Positions 17,166 to 24,958 of a DNA stretch of 32,000 bases are shown piece by piece. This DNA is from an uncultured Nitrosopumilaceae archaeon (lineage in GTDB: Archaea; Thermoproteota; Nitrososphaeria; Nitrososphaerales; Nitrosopumilaceae): contig CAYGLP010000005.1 in assembly GCA_964350965.1 (NCBI GenBank), positions 17,899-49,898 on the forward strand, in the 5' to 3' direction. The notes beneath the pieces were generated by a model that saw nothing but the letters and a program-made list of their open reading frames with translations, searched no databases and was not told the DNA's origin. Every line of letters starts with the position of its first letter. Positions within the stretch are counted from its first letter, which is position 1. Position numbers and translations under genes: made by a program.

Positions 17166-17624
17166 ATGCTTAGCCATCAAGACCAAACTTGGCTCAAAAT
17201 GTGGAAAGAAAATTCTCCAGAATTAAGAGCAAAGGCTATTGAATGGAGAAAACAAAATGCCCTTACAAGAATAGAAAGGCCAAGTAGGATTCAAAAGGCT
17301 AGAAGGCTAGGGTATAAAGCAAAAGAGGGAATAGTTGTAATTCGAATGCGTGTAGGCAAAGGCAACATGCGTAAGAAAAGACCAGTTGCTGGAAGAAGAC
17401 CAAAGCACCTTGGTGTAACAAGAATAAAGCCTGATGTTGGTATGCAACAAGTCGCAGAACGCAGAGTTCTTGAAAGACATCCAAACATGAAACTTCTTGG
17501 TTCATACTATCTACATCAAGATGGAATGTATCTGTGGTGTGAAGTAATTTTGGCAGATCCTTCTCATCCTAGGATCTTTAAAGACAGAGAAATGCGCGGA
17601 AAAATTGCCGGTCTTAAGAACTAA
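17166..17624 (+). CDS. rpl15e: 50S ribosomal protein L15e
   Basis: RIERPSRIQKARRLGYKAKEGIVVIRMRVGKGNMRKKRPVAGRRPKHLG... is typical L15e. I prefer the ATG at 17166 over the track TTG at 17151; a weak ATATTAAG box lies ~26 nt upstream of 17166. Confidence 0.9.
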   Translation: MLSHQDQTWLKMWKENSPELRAKAIEWRKQNALTRIERPSRIQKARRLGYKAKEGIVVIRMRVGKGNMRKKRPVAGRRPKHLGVTRIKPDVGMQQVAERRVLERHPNMKLLGSYYLHQDGMYLWCEVILADPSHPRIFKDREMRGKIAGLKN

Positions 17625-17627
17625 GAA

Positions 17628-18110
17628 TTGAAAATATTAAAATTTTTGGTATTGGTATCTGTAACTGCCCTGTTTTTTCCTCCTGCATTTGGAGCTCTAT
17701 CTGATAAGACAGGTCTAAAAAAAGACTTTACCATTGAAACTGGTGGATATGATTTTGAAGTAGGAGCTGTAGCAAATTTTGAAATCAACGATGTGGAATT
17801 CAGTCGCGATGACAAAAAACTTACGTTTGACATAACTAGTGGTCTTGAAAACAATTTTGCAGAAATATTGATTCCAATAAATCTGATAAATGGAAACCTT
17901 ACTGTATTTGTAAATGGCGAAGAAATATTTCCGCAGATTAGAAAAAATGACAAGATATCGTTTATCGTTATAGAATTTAACGGTACAGGACATAATACTA
18001 TGGAAATAATTGGCACAACTTATCTGCCAGAATTTTCTGGTATTACTTTACTTGTTATAGGTGCAGCATTTTCTGCCATGTTTGTGTCTAGAAAATTTAA
18101 AAAATTCTAG
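17628..18110 (+). CDS. Hypothetical secreted protein with a PEFG-CTERM-like C-terminal sorting signal
   Basis: 160 aa, TTG start. Signal peptide MKILKFLVLVSVTALFFPPAFGA. C-terminus is LPEFSG + TM ITLLVIGAAFSAMFV + basic SRKFKKF. The mature domain resembles the product of 15664-16401. Confidence 0.65.
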   Translation: MKILKFLVLVSVTALFFPPAFGALSDKTGLKKDFTIETGGYDFEVGAVANFEINDVEFSRDDKKLTFDITSGLENNFAEILIPINLINGNLTVFVNGEEIFPQIRKNDKISFIVIEFNGTGHNTMEIIGTTYLPEFSGITLLVIGAAFSAMFVSRKFKKF

Positions 18111-18823
18111 TAGCCATTTGCAAAGTCTTCCCACATGTTAGCACGTGAGGTAATCTTATTCATTTGATAGAATATGCCACCTACTATTCCTGCCTGGTAG
18201 AATGCATATAGATACACTTGAGAATGAGTGGGGTCTGCATGTGATAAACTCAAAGTTATCATAGAAAAAAAGATGAAAGTACCAACAAAAGTGAAAACTT
18301 TACTGAAAAACCCCTCTATGCCAACAATTCGTTTTGTAGCAGCTGCCATTATTGTGATGCTTGATACAATTAGAAACGTCAGACCTCCATTTGCTTGTAT
18401 AAACTCACTTGCCCATGGAATTAAACCATCTTCCAAAATTGATTTTTCTGGTGCATTTATTCCTCCATGCAAAGCAAAAGTAACAGAGCTGAAAATTGCA
18501 CCCATCATAAATAAGAACAAAAACATCTTTACTAATGATCTTTTTAATGGGCTTCTTGTTTCTGAAGGTCTCATTACCCCATCGGTCAGCTTTATGCCAT
18601 ACAGTAAACCTATGGCAAATGCGGGACCAAACATGATGTTTATTATGATTGGTGATTCTCTTGTGGTTCTTTCAATATCTGGACCATATGTCAGGTATAG
18701 GACTATTGCAAACGCTGCGGCTCCAGTAAATATGCTAAGATCTATCCAATTTCTATTATGCCTAAGTTCGTATAGGTCAGTTCCCCACTCGTCCAATCTG
18801 AAGTTGATTTTTGAAAAAGGCAT
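18107..18823 (-). CDS. Hypothetical polytopic membrane protein (about 6 TM, cysteine-free)
   Basis: 238 aa, ATG start, with six clear hydrophobic helices. Its stop overlaps the stop of the convergent 17628-18110 gene (CTAG at 18107-18110). Confidence 0.65.
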   Translation of the reverse strand: MPFSKINFRLDEWGTDLYELRHNRNWIDLSIFTGAAAFAIVLYLTYGPDIERTTRESPIIINIMFGPAFAIGLLYGIKLTDGVMRPSETRSPLKRSLVKMFLFLFMMGAIFSSVTFALHGGINAPEKSILEDGLIPWASEFIQANGGLTFLIVSSITIMAAATKRIVGIEGFFSKVFTFVGTFIFFSMITLSLSHADPTHSQVYLYAFYQAGIVGGIFYQMNKITSRANMWEDFANGY

Positions 18824-18902
18824 TAAAGAAACAACTGAAAAATGATTTGCTTAATCTATCAATTCTCTTTACCTTTTATGGCTCCCTCACGTTTGATGAT
18901 TC

Positions 18903-19121
18903 ATGAATGCCGGAAAGTCGATAATAGTACTAGGAATAATTGTTATAGTATCAGGAATGGTGTTTTATCTTCAAGGCCAATCTGTGGTCGGGCCAGAATC
19001 ATCTTTCATGTATTCCAATCCTGAATGGATAACAAACGGCCAGTGGATTGCAATTGTTGGAATTATAATTTTAGCGGGTGGGATTATAATTTCAAAAGTT
19101 AACTTACGACACCCAAAGTAG
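18903..19121 (+). CDS. Small membrane protein (two TM helices)
   Basis: 72 aa: IIVLGIIVIVSGMVFYL ... WIAIVGIIILAGGIIIS. A TTTTAT box at 18874-18879 is centred 26.5 nt upstream of the ATG. Confidence 0.5.
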   Translation: MNAGKSIIVLGIIVIVSGMVFYLQGQSVVGPESSFMYSNPEWITNGQWIAIVGIIILAGGIIISKVNLRHPK

Positions 19122-19329
19122 TTGTAGTTCGTATCTTGTCTAACTTGCGGATTTTTTTTGTTATGAGGTTGTCCATCTGTCTTTCCGTATCTGTTTCTAC
19201 TTCTACTACAATATCATAATCCCCATATGTTATGTGAGCATCTCTGACTTTGTCCATATCTAAGAGTTTTTTCACAAGTTCGTTTTCTGAACCAAGTTCG
19301 CACCCGATCAAAACGTATGCTTTTTCCAT
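19099..19329 (-). CDS. Stand-alone Lrp/AsnC-type ligand-binding (RAM) domain protein, no HTH
   Basis: 76 aa: AYVLIGCELGSENELVKKLLDMDKVRDAHITYGDYDIVVEVETDT...IRKLDKIRTTTT. This fits the AsnC C-terminal domain pattern (V..a..v.G.yD....v). Confidence 0.7.
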   Translation of the reverse strand: MEKAYVLIGCELGSENELVKKLLDMDKVRDAHITYGDYDIVVEVETDTERQMDNLITKKIRKLDKIRTTTTLGVVS

Positions 19330-19361
19330 ATTTTACTAATGTTATACGATCTTAAATCTTA

Positions 19362-20852
19362 TTATATTATTCGAAGCGTTTCAAGAACATTTGTCTTGAT
19401 ATCGTAGACTCTGACAAGATGGTTGTTTGTGTCAGTTATGTATAATCTGTCTCCAAAGAGTTCAACATCGCTTGGTTCATACAGACCTAAAGTATCGCAC
19501 TTTGGATCATCTAATCTACACACTCCATTCATACCGGATTTTCCTACTAGCGTAGATACTTGCTGAGTCGCTAGGTCAATAACTCTAATTGCTGAATTAT
19601 AAGTGTCTGCAACATACACTTTATTATCAGTTGCAAAAACTCCAAGAGGATGTTGAAACAACGCTTCATCTACATGTCCGTCATTATGCCCAAACACAAA
19701 CAAACCATGGCCAACTAATGTTCTAACTTGTTTTTTATCAAGATCTATCTCTCTTATCGCAGAAACCTCACTATCGACAAAATACAATTTGTTTCCATAT
19801 GATGAAAGGCCGCTTGGTTGAGCAAGCTGTGCCAAATGATTTTCACCATCGATGATATTCTCATGACCGTTTCCAGCAAATGGTCTTACAAGATCCGATT
19901 CCAAATCATATGACCATATCTGATGATTTCCTGCCATAGCTATGAAAATCAAATTGTCTTTTTCAGTCAAATCCCACGGCGAAGTAATTGAAATCTCTCT
20001 TCCTTTTCCACCCTTTGAAATCCATGGACCTTGTTTACCAGTTCCCACAAGTGTGGTTACTTTTTTGCTTCGAAGATCAATTTTTCTTATTGCGTGATTT
20101 TCAGTGTCTGCAACAAAAATTGCACTATCTTTCCAAAGCACTCCTTGTGGTCTGAAAAAGGCAGCTGTATTGAAATCCCCATCTGAAAATCCACTCTTCC
20201 CAACACCAATTATGAATTCAATTTTTCCAGAAAGATCTGTAACAAGAATTCTGTTATGGTTTGAATCACTTAACGCAATCTTGCCTTCTTTTGATATGGA
20301 TATTTTTCCTGGATATGACAAAGTGGTTTTATCTTGATTTTTGATATATTCGATCTTAATGGGTTCTTTTGCCAAAGTTCCGGACTTTGCATGTCTTTCT
20401 AGTAGCACATCTACGATATCTTCTATTGATTCCTTTTGACCCTCACCTGATTGTTTGTAAACTATGGTTCCATTTGGATCTATTATCACAATGGTGGGCC
20501 ATCCAGAAACATCATATTTTTTCCAAATTGACATTTTTTTATCCACCACAACTGGATGAGAAATTTCGTATCTGGCAACTGCCTGTTCTATGTTTTTTAT
20601 ATCTTGTTCATTAAAGAACTTGGCTGAATGTATTCCAATGAAAACAACAGGCTTGCCTTCGTATTTTTTCTCTAGCTCTGCCAGTACAGGCAACATATGC
20701 ATACAGTTTATGCAACAATACGTCCAAAAATCCAGAACGACCACATGCCCTTTTAATTTTTCAAGTGTCAGTGGTTCTTTTGTATTAATCCAATCAAACC
20801 CTGGCAAAAAATTAGGAGCTTTTACTACTCTAGTAAAAATCTCATCAAACAC
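19362..20852 (-). CDS. Thioredoxin-like (TlpA/redoxin) domain fused to a six-bladed NHL-repeat beta-propeller (NHLRC2-like)
   Basis: 496 aa, GTG start. VVVLDFWTYCCINCMHMLP (CxxC). Six NHL-type blades: SNHNRILVTD, TENHAIRKID, GNHQIWSYD, SEVSAIREID, TYNSAIRVID, TNNHLVRVYD. No signal peptide. Confidence 0.8.
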   Translation of the reverse strand: MFDEIFTRVVKAPNFLPGFDWINTKEPLTLEKLKGHVVVLDFWTYCCINCMHMLPVLAELEKKYEGKPVVFIGIHSAKFFNEQDIKNIEQAVARYEISHPVVVDKKMSIWKKYDVSGWPTIVIIDPNGTIVYKQSGEGQKESIEDIVDVLLERHAKSGTLAKEPIKIEYIKNQDKTTLSYPGKISISKEGKIALSDSNHNRILVTDLSGKIEFIIGVGKSGFSDGDFNTAAFFRPQGVLWKDSAIFVADTENHAIRKIDLRSKKVTTLVGTGKQGPWISKGGKGREISITSPWDLTEKDNLIFIAMAGNHQIWSYDLESDLVRPFAGNGHENIIDGENHLAQLAQPSGLSSYGNKLYFVDSEVSAIREIDLDKKQVRTLVGHGLFVFGHNDGHVDEALFQHPLGVFATDNKVYVADTYNSAIRVIDLATQQVSTLVGKSGMNGVCRLDDPKCDTLGLYEPSDVELFGDRLYITDTNNHLVRVYDIKTNVLETLRII

Positions 20853-20866
20853 ATCTACTTTTAAAA

Positions 20867-20888
20867 TTATGATAAATAAATATCATAA
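20867..20888. promoter_or_regulatory. Perfect 8-bp inverted repeat in the Trx-NHL / msrA divergent promoter region
   Basis: TTATGATA-aataaa-TATCATAA. It overlaps the TATA-like TTTATTTAT of the minus-strand gene, centred ~25.5 nt upstream of the GTG at 20852. Confidence 0.3.
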
Positions 20889-20898
20889 CATGCTAGCG

Positions 20899-20906
20899 TT
20901 TTAATG
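20899..20906 (+). promoter_or_regulatory. TATA-like box for msrA
   Basis: TTTTAATG centred 26.5 nt upstream of the ATG at 20929. Confidence 0.4.
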
Positions 20907-20928
20907 TGACAATTCAACAACAAAAATC

Positions 20929-21384
20929 ATGAAAGCTACTTTTGGAGCAGGTTGTTTTTGGTGTGTAGAACCTGTATTTCAAAAACTAAATGGTGTCTTA
21001 TCAACATCAGTCGGATATGCTGGTGGCTCGTTTAAAGATCCAACCTATGAAGATGTGTGCACAGGACAAACTGGGCATGCTGAAGTTGTGCAAGTAGAAT
21101 ATGATCCATCAAAAATTTCATACGATGAACTTTTGAATGTGTTTTGGAACAATCACGATCCGACTGCCCTCAACAGACAAGGGCCTGACATAGGAGAACA
21201 ATATCGTTCTGTAATTTTTTTCCATACTCCAGAACAAGAAGCTGTTGCAAAGACATACCAAGAAAAACTCCAGAATTCTGGAAAATATGGGAAAAAAATT
21301 GTTACAGAAATTGTTCCTGCATCACAGTTCTATAAAGCAGAAGATTATCATCAGCGTTATTATGAAAAATGTGGCTTGGTATGA
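20929..21384 (+). CDS. msrA: Peptide methionine (S)-sulfoxide reductase MsrA
   Basis: 151 aa. Active-site motif [12 protein letters not shown]; GYAGG; [11 protein letters not shown]. Confidence 0.92.
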   Translation: MKATFGAGCFWCVEPVFQKLNGVLSTSVGYAGGSFKDPTYEDVCTGQTGHAEVVQVEYDPSKISYDELLNVFWNNHDPTALNRQGPDIGEQYRSVIFFHTPEQEAVAKTYQEKLQNSGKYGKKIVTEIVPASQFYKAEDYHQRYYEKCGLV

Positions 21385-21403
21385 TCCAATCTACTCAACG
21401 TGG

Positions 21404-21670
21404 TTATGGGTGACTGTAATTAGCAAACTGACCTGACCAACCACCTGGTCTCATAATGTCTGATCCGGAATCATTTTGTATTATTAGTTTGCCAACATCA
21501 TTATTGTATATCTTGTTCTTGTTTTCGAGTTTTTCTATGATGTTTACGGCAGTATTGGGCGGAGTGTCTTTTGGCCCAAACAAAAAATGCATTCCTAAAT
21601 CGCCAATTATTACTGCACTACATATTCCTACTAATATAAAAATTAATATTCTGTCTCTTTTTGTTTTCAT
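21404..21670 (-). CDS. Small hypothetical N-terminally anchored protein
   Basis: ATG at 21670 (MKTKRDRILIFILVGICSAVIIG...) is preferred over the track TTG at 21685, because a TAATATTATT box is centred ~29 nt upstream of 21670. Confidence 0.45.
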   Translation of the reverse strand: MKTKRDRILIFILVGICSAVIIGDLGMHFLFGPKDTPPNTAVNIIEKLENKNKIYNNDVGKLIIQNDSGSDIMRPGGWSGQFANYSHP

Positions 21671-21708
21671 ACTTAAATTCAACAATTATCGAAGAATAAT
21701 ATTAGTGA

Positions 21709-21730
21709 TACACTTTTGAAACAAAGTGTA
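21709..21730. promoter_or_regulatory. 8-bp stem hairpin / dyad between truD and the downstream small gene
   Basis: TACACTTT-tgaaac-AAAGTGTA. It lies 26 nt after the truD stop and just upstream of the small gene's TATA-like box. Confidence 0.3.
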
Positions 21731-21755
21731 CTTAATAAAATAAAAAATTGATGTT

Positions 21756-22952
21756 TTAAAATCCTGCCTTTATGGGATCTTGAGGTTTCATTATTTCTCT
21801 TAAAAGTATTGTAGCATATGATCCCCTGGACAATGTAAAACTAACTGTAGGTTCTGATATGGAAAAATTATCACATTTGATAGTAGCTTGTCTGAATCCA
21901 CCTTCGTCACTTATCTCTTGCATGGTTTTTGAAAAGAAATCCTTTGTGTGAACTTGTTCGGTTTCAAGAATTTTTGAAATGTGGTAATCAAATCTATTTT
22001 TTTTAGAATATGAATATCCTACAAGTGGTATTGCGAGTCTCTGACTAGGATCATTTTCAAATCTCCCCAGCATGCTTTTTTTGTCATAACACACATCTCC
22101 TGACTTTGGTAATAACAGATCTTCACCGTGCTCAAAGGCTGCACTTATTGTACGATTGAAGACATAGGACTGAAATGCCTGAACAAAAAATCTTCTGATG
22201 GTAAGAGACATGCTTCTCATAGCTCTTAGAGGATCACCATGTTCCACCATCTCAGACAAAACGACTCGTTCAATATCCATCTGTGGTGGAACTTCATTTA
22301 GTGCCTTGGTATAGTTTGATTTGTCTTCAAGCATTTTTCTAATCTTTGTATTTTCAGGTAAATCATATTCTGAGCTAAAAGAAAGAAGAAGACTAACTGC
22401 ACGCTCAAAGTCATTCTGTAAGATTGCTTTTCCTATTAGATGTGATACTGGTCTTTTACTTCCAAACCTCTGATAACCAAAAAAGTTCAACACTCGTTCA
22501 TATTCATTAAATTTTGAAATCTCTGAAAATGATGCATCTTCTATTTTTATTTTAAAATGATTTCCAATCATGTCTTTTTTTGTGAGCGGTTTAGAAACAT
22601 AGCCAAGTGATTCCAGATTGTACCTGTTTGTAGAAAAATTCACGGCATTCTTTGTATCCGTTGAGCAAACAAATTGTTCTGTAGTTGCATTTGCATCTTT
22701 TAGTCCAAGTGCTTTCAATCGTATTCCATGTATTTTAAAAATTTCAGACAGAGCATGATTGGTATCTATTCCATGTTTTTTTAATTTGTATACTGCATAA
22801 CCATCTGTCTTGGAAAGTTTTGATAACGCTTTTTCATCTAAAATTTCAGTGACAAAAAAATCTTCAGGTGATGATTTTATTTTCCCACCAATCCCTTTAA
22901 ACTTGGTACTATATACAAAAATACCAATATCGAAGTCTAGTTTTGGAATCAC
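21756..22952 (-). CDS. truD: tRNA pseudouridine synthase TruD/Pus7 family
   Basis: 398 aa, GTG start 3 nt after the upstream stop. GIGGKIKSSPEDFFVTE and the catalytic-Asp motif GLKDANATTEQ. Confidence 0.88.
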   Translation of the reverse strand: MIPKLDFDIGIFVYSTKFKGIGGKIKSSPEDFFVTEILDEKALSKLSKTDGYAVYKLKKHGIDTNHALSEIFKIHGIRLKALGLKDANATTEQFVCSTDTKNAVNFSTNRYNLESLGYVSKPLTKKDMIGNHFKIKIEDASFSEISKFNEYERVLNFFGYQRFGSKRPVSHLIGKAILQNDFERAVSLLLSFSSEYDLPENTKIRKMLEDKSNYTKALNEVPPQMDIERVVLSEMVEHGDPLRAMRSMSLTIRRFFVQAFQSYVFNRTISAAFEHGEDLLLPKSGDVCYDKKSMLGRFENDPSQRLAIPLVGYSYSKKNRFDYHISKILETEQVHTKDFFSKTMQEISDEGGFRQATIKCDNFSISEPTVSFTLSRGSYATILLREIMKPQDPIKAGF

Positions 22953-22955
22953 TTC

Positions 22956-24491
22956 TTACTTTACTGTAACTGTTACATATTGTGATACAGTGACTTCTCG
23001 ATATGCTGCACCAAGCAGAATCTTGTAAGTTCCAGATAATGCAAATCTATCTACAGAAACTGTAAAAGGCACAGTCTCTGGGTTATTGCTAAGAGTAATT
23101 TGGTTCTCAGTTGTGACTTTAACGTCATTTAGAGTCGCAGTATTTGCAGTTGTTAATTTGATTGGCTCAACAAGTTGTTCATTTGGTGTAATTGTGAATA
23201 ATATCGTAGAATTCTCTCCACGACTCAAAGTTAGGCTTTTTTTATCTACATTTACTTCAATTGGAAGTGGAATGCTGGAATCAAGAACGGCAATATTATT
23301 TTCTACCCATTCTGTAAACCAAATTTTGTCATTGCTTATAGTAAAGTCTAACACTTGTGCAACTCCGCACTTTTCAATATCGATACAGTCAGACCAATTG
23401 GGATTTTGTGAAGGTACGAAATATTCTACAAGTGTTTCTTTTGTAGGATCAAAGACTGCTATACTGTTTCCAGTCTGTTCGTTAAACCACAGTCTTCCTG
23501 TATCATCGAATTGATTCCAATATGGTCCGGATACAGGAGTCTTGATTATTCCAGAAGAATTTCCGTACGTACTTTCACGTGGTATTGATGTGATGAATTT
23601 GGTGAACTGTTGTGATTGTTGATCAAAACTAAAAAAGAGACTGCTTGCAGCATCAGTAATCCAGATCTTATTTTCTGGACTTGATGAAATGCCATTAGGT
23701 GCTAACATCCCATATGGAAGCTTAAACGCAGTTCCATTGGAGGTTTGTGGATCGTATCGTACAAGACTTCCTCCTTCTTGAAACTTCCAAACAGTGTACC
23801 AAACTTTTTTATCAGAATCAATAGTTAAGGAGGCTGTAAGGGTATCAGTTGTAAGTGAATTTACTTTGGAATACTGTATCTCTTTGCCTGACTGACTAGA
23901 ATCAAAAAACGTAATCTTGTTTCCAGTAAAGTCATTTACGAGAAGTTTTTGATCATCAATGACAATTCTCTGGGGAAAAGTTTCCCCCGTTTCTGATAGA
24001 GGATATTTGAAACTTGTAAAATTGTTTTTATCAAACTTCCATATCACATCATGAGATTCATCTGTAAACCAAACATTTCCATCTGGCGCATAAATTATTC
24101 CCCACATCATGGATTGATCTCCTTTTGGCCATCTGTCATTTTGATACTCTGTGAAAATTCTGGAAAAAGGATCGAATTTTGCTATGTTTCCTGTATTTGA
24201 TTCAGTAAACCAAACATTTCCAAATGAATCAGTTGTTATAGCTAGAGGCTGTGCACAGAAAGTTGGAACGTTGAACTCAGTTATGTACCTATTAGATTTT
24301 GTAGAATTTGTTCCACAAAATGTTACACGTTTATCAGCAGGATAGTTGTCTGCAGGTGTTCCTGTAGTGGTTGTGTTTGTTTCTTCATTCTCGCTTGGAT
24401 TATAGCTATTTAATGCAATTGCTAATGTAGAAGTTGCAAGTATTATTCCAAAAAAAGCAGCCATTAAGAGTTGTTTTGATTTTTTCTTCAC
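22956..24491 (-). CDS. Extracellular seven-bladed beta-propeller protein, Vgb (streptogramin lyase, COG4257)-like repeats, with a C-terminal Ig-like domain
   Basis: 511 aa. N-terminal anchor LLMAAFFGIILATSTLAIAL and a Thr-rich linker. Seven blades: GNVWFTESNTGNIAKFDP, GNVWFTDESHDVIWKFD, LLVNDFTGNKITFFD, KKVWYTVW..LVRYDP, NKIWITDAASSLFFSFD, GRLWFNEQTGNSIAVFDP, DKIWFTEWVENNIAVLD. Confidence 0.7.
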   Translation of the reverse strand: MKKKSKQLLMAAFFGIILATSTLAIALNSYNPSENEETNTTTTGTPADNYPADKRVTFCGTNSTKSNRYITEFNVPTFCAQPLAITTDSFGNVWFTESNTGNIAKFDPFSRIFTEYQNDRWPKGDQSMMWGIIYAPDGNVWFTDESHDVIWKFDKNNFTSFKYPLSETGETFPQRIVIDDQKLLVNDFTGNKITFFDSSQSGKEIQYSKVNSLTTDTLTASLTIDSDKKVWYTVWKFQEGGSLVRYDPQTSNGTAFKLPYGMLAPNGISSSPENKIWITDAASSLFFSFDQQSQQFTKFITSIPRESTYGNSSGIIKTPVSGPYWNQFDDTGRLWFNEQTGNSIAVFDPTKETLVEYFVPSQNPNWSDCIDIEKCGVAQVLDFTISNDKIWFTEWVENNIAVLDSSIPLPIEVNVDKKSLTLSRGENSTILFTITPNEQLVEPIKLTTANTATLNDVKVTTENQITLSNNPETVPFTVSVDRFALSGTYKILLGAAYREVTVSQYVTVTVK

Positions 24492-24526
24492 AAAGGGCAG
24501 ACAAATTTTCCGTGTTATATCTTATT

Positions 24527-24883
24527 CTACAAAAGTTTCAAATCTTTTGTAACTTTATCTATCATTGTTTCTGGTGCTGGTCCTATTGAAATGCAAGTAA
24601 CTGTTCCAGGAGAAATTTGTGTATGTCCTGCATCTGTTACCTCAGACCAAGGAAGATCTAAAGATACGGCGTGTTTTTTTACCTGTTCTAGTTGTTCAAG
24701 ACTTGCCACTTTGACAACCACTTTTTCCTGACCTGACATGACCCATTCTTTGTACCATTCTGGAAATGATTTGCGTACATGCTCTGCTCCTAAAACACAA
24801 GCATGTCCAACTTGAGCAGCAATTTTCCCTGTACCCATATCAAGATCCTTTCGCACCACGATTACTTGTTTAATTGTGCCCAT
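24527..24883 (-). CDS. pth2: Peptidyl-tRNA hydrolase, archaeal/eukaryotic type (Pth2)
   Basis: 118 aa: KQVIVVRKDLDMGTGKIAAQVGHA ... VTDAGHTQISPGTVTCISIGP. Confidence 0.92.
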   Translation of the reverse strand: MGTIKQVIVVRKDLDMGTGKIAAQVGHACVLGAEHVRKSFPEWYKEWVMSGQEKVVVKVASLEQLEQVKKHAVSLDLPWSEVTDAGHTQISPGTVTCISIGPAPETMIDKVTKDLKLL

Positions 24884-24927
24884 TATTGCTTTACAAAGTA
24901 ATTAGAGTATGTTAAACTTTTGAATTG

Positions 24928-24939
24928 AAATAAATAATT
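24928..24939 (+). promoter_or_regulatory. TATA-like box for the GGR-family gene
   Basis: AAATAAATAATT centred ~25.5 nt upstream of the ATG at 24959. Confidence 0.4.
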
Positions 24940-24958
24940 GCATCAAAAATGAGAAGTC

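Noticed and set aside
18107-18823. Idea that the 6-TM protein next to the PEFS-tailed protein is its archaeosortase
   Set aside because: Archaeosortases and exosortases use a catalytic Cys (with Arg/His). This protein contains no cysteine at all, and I see no matching conserved motifs.
18228-18845. 205-aa GTG-initiated plus-strand ORF, unusually long for an AT-rich genome
   Set aside because: It is exactly antisense to the 238-aa ORF, which has six clean TM helices and an ATG start. Its own translation has no coherent hydropathy or motif pattern. Long shadow frames are expected opposite codon-biased genes.
18894-18899. TGATGA (C-box-like) in the 18824-18902 spacer, a possible C/D-box sRNA
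   Set aside because: There is no CTGA D box and no C'/D' pair at an appropriate distance downstream. The hexamer sits just before the ATG of the 72-aa ORF.
18842-19024. 60-aa track ORF overlapping the 72-aa membrane ORF in another frame
   Set aside because: Its composition is Cys/Arg-rich and unstructured. The competing frame (18903-19121) gives two clean TM helices and has a correctly spaced TATA-like box.
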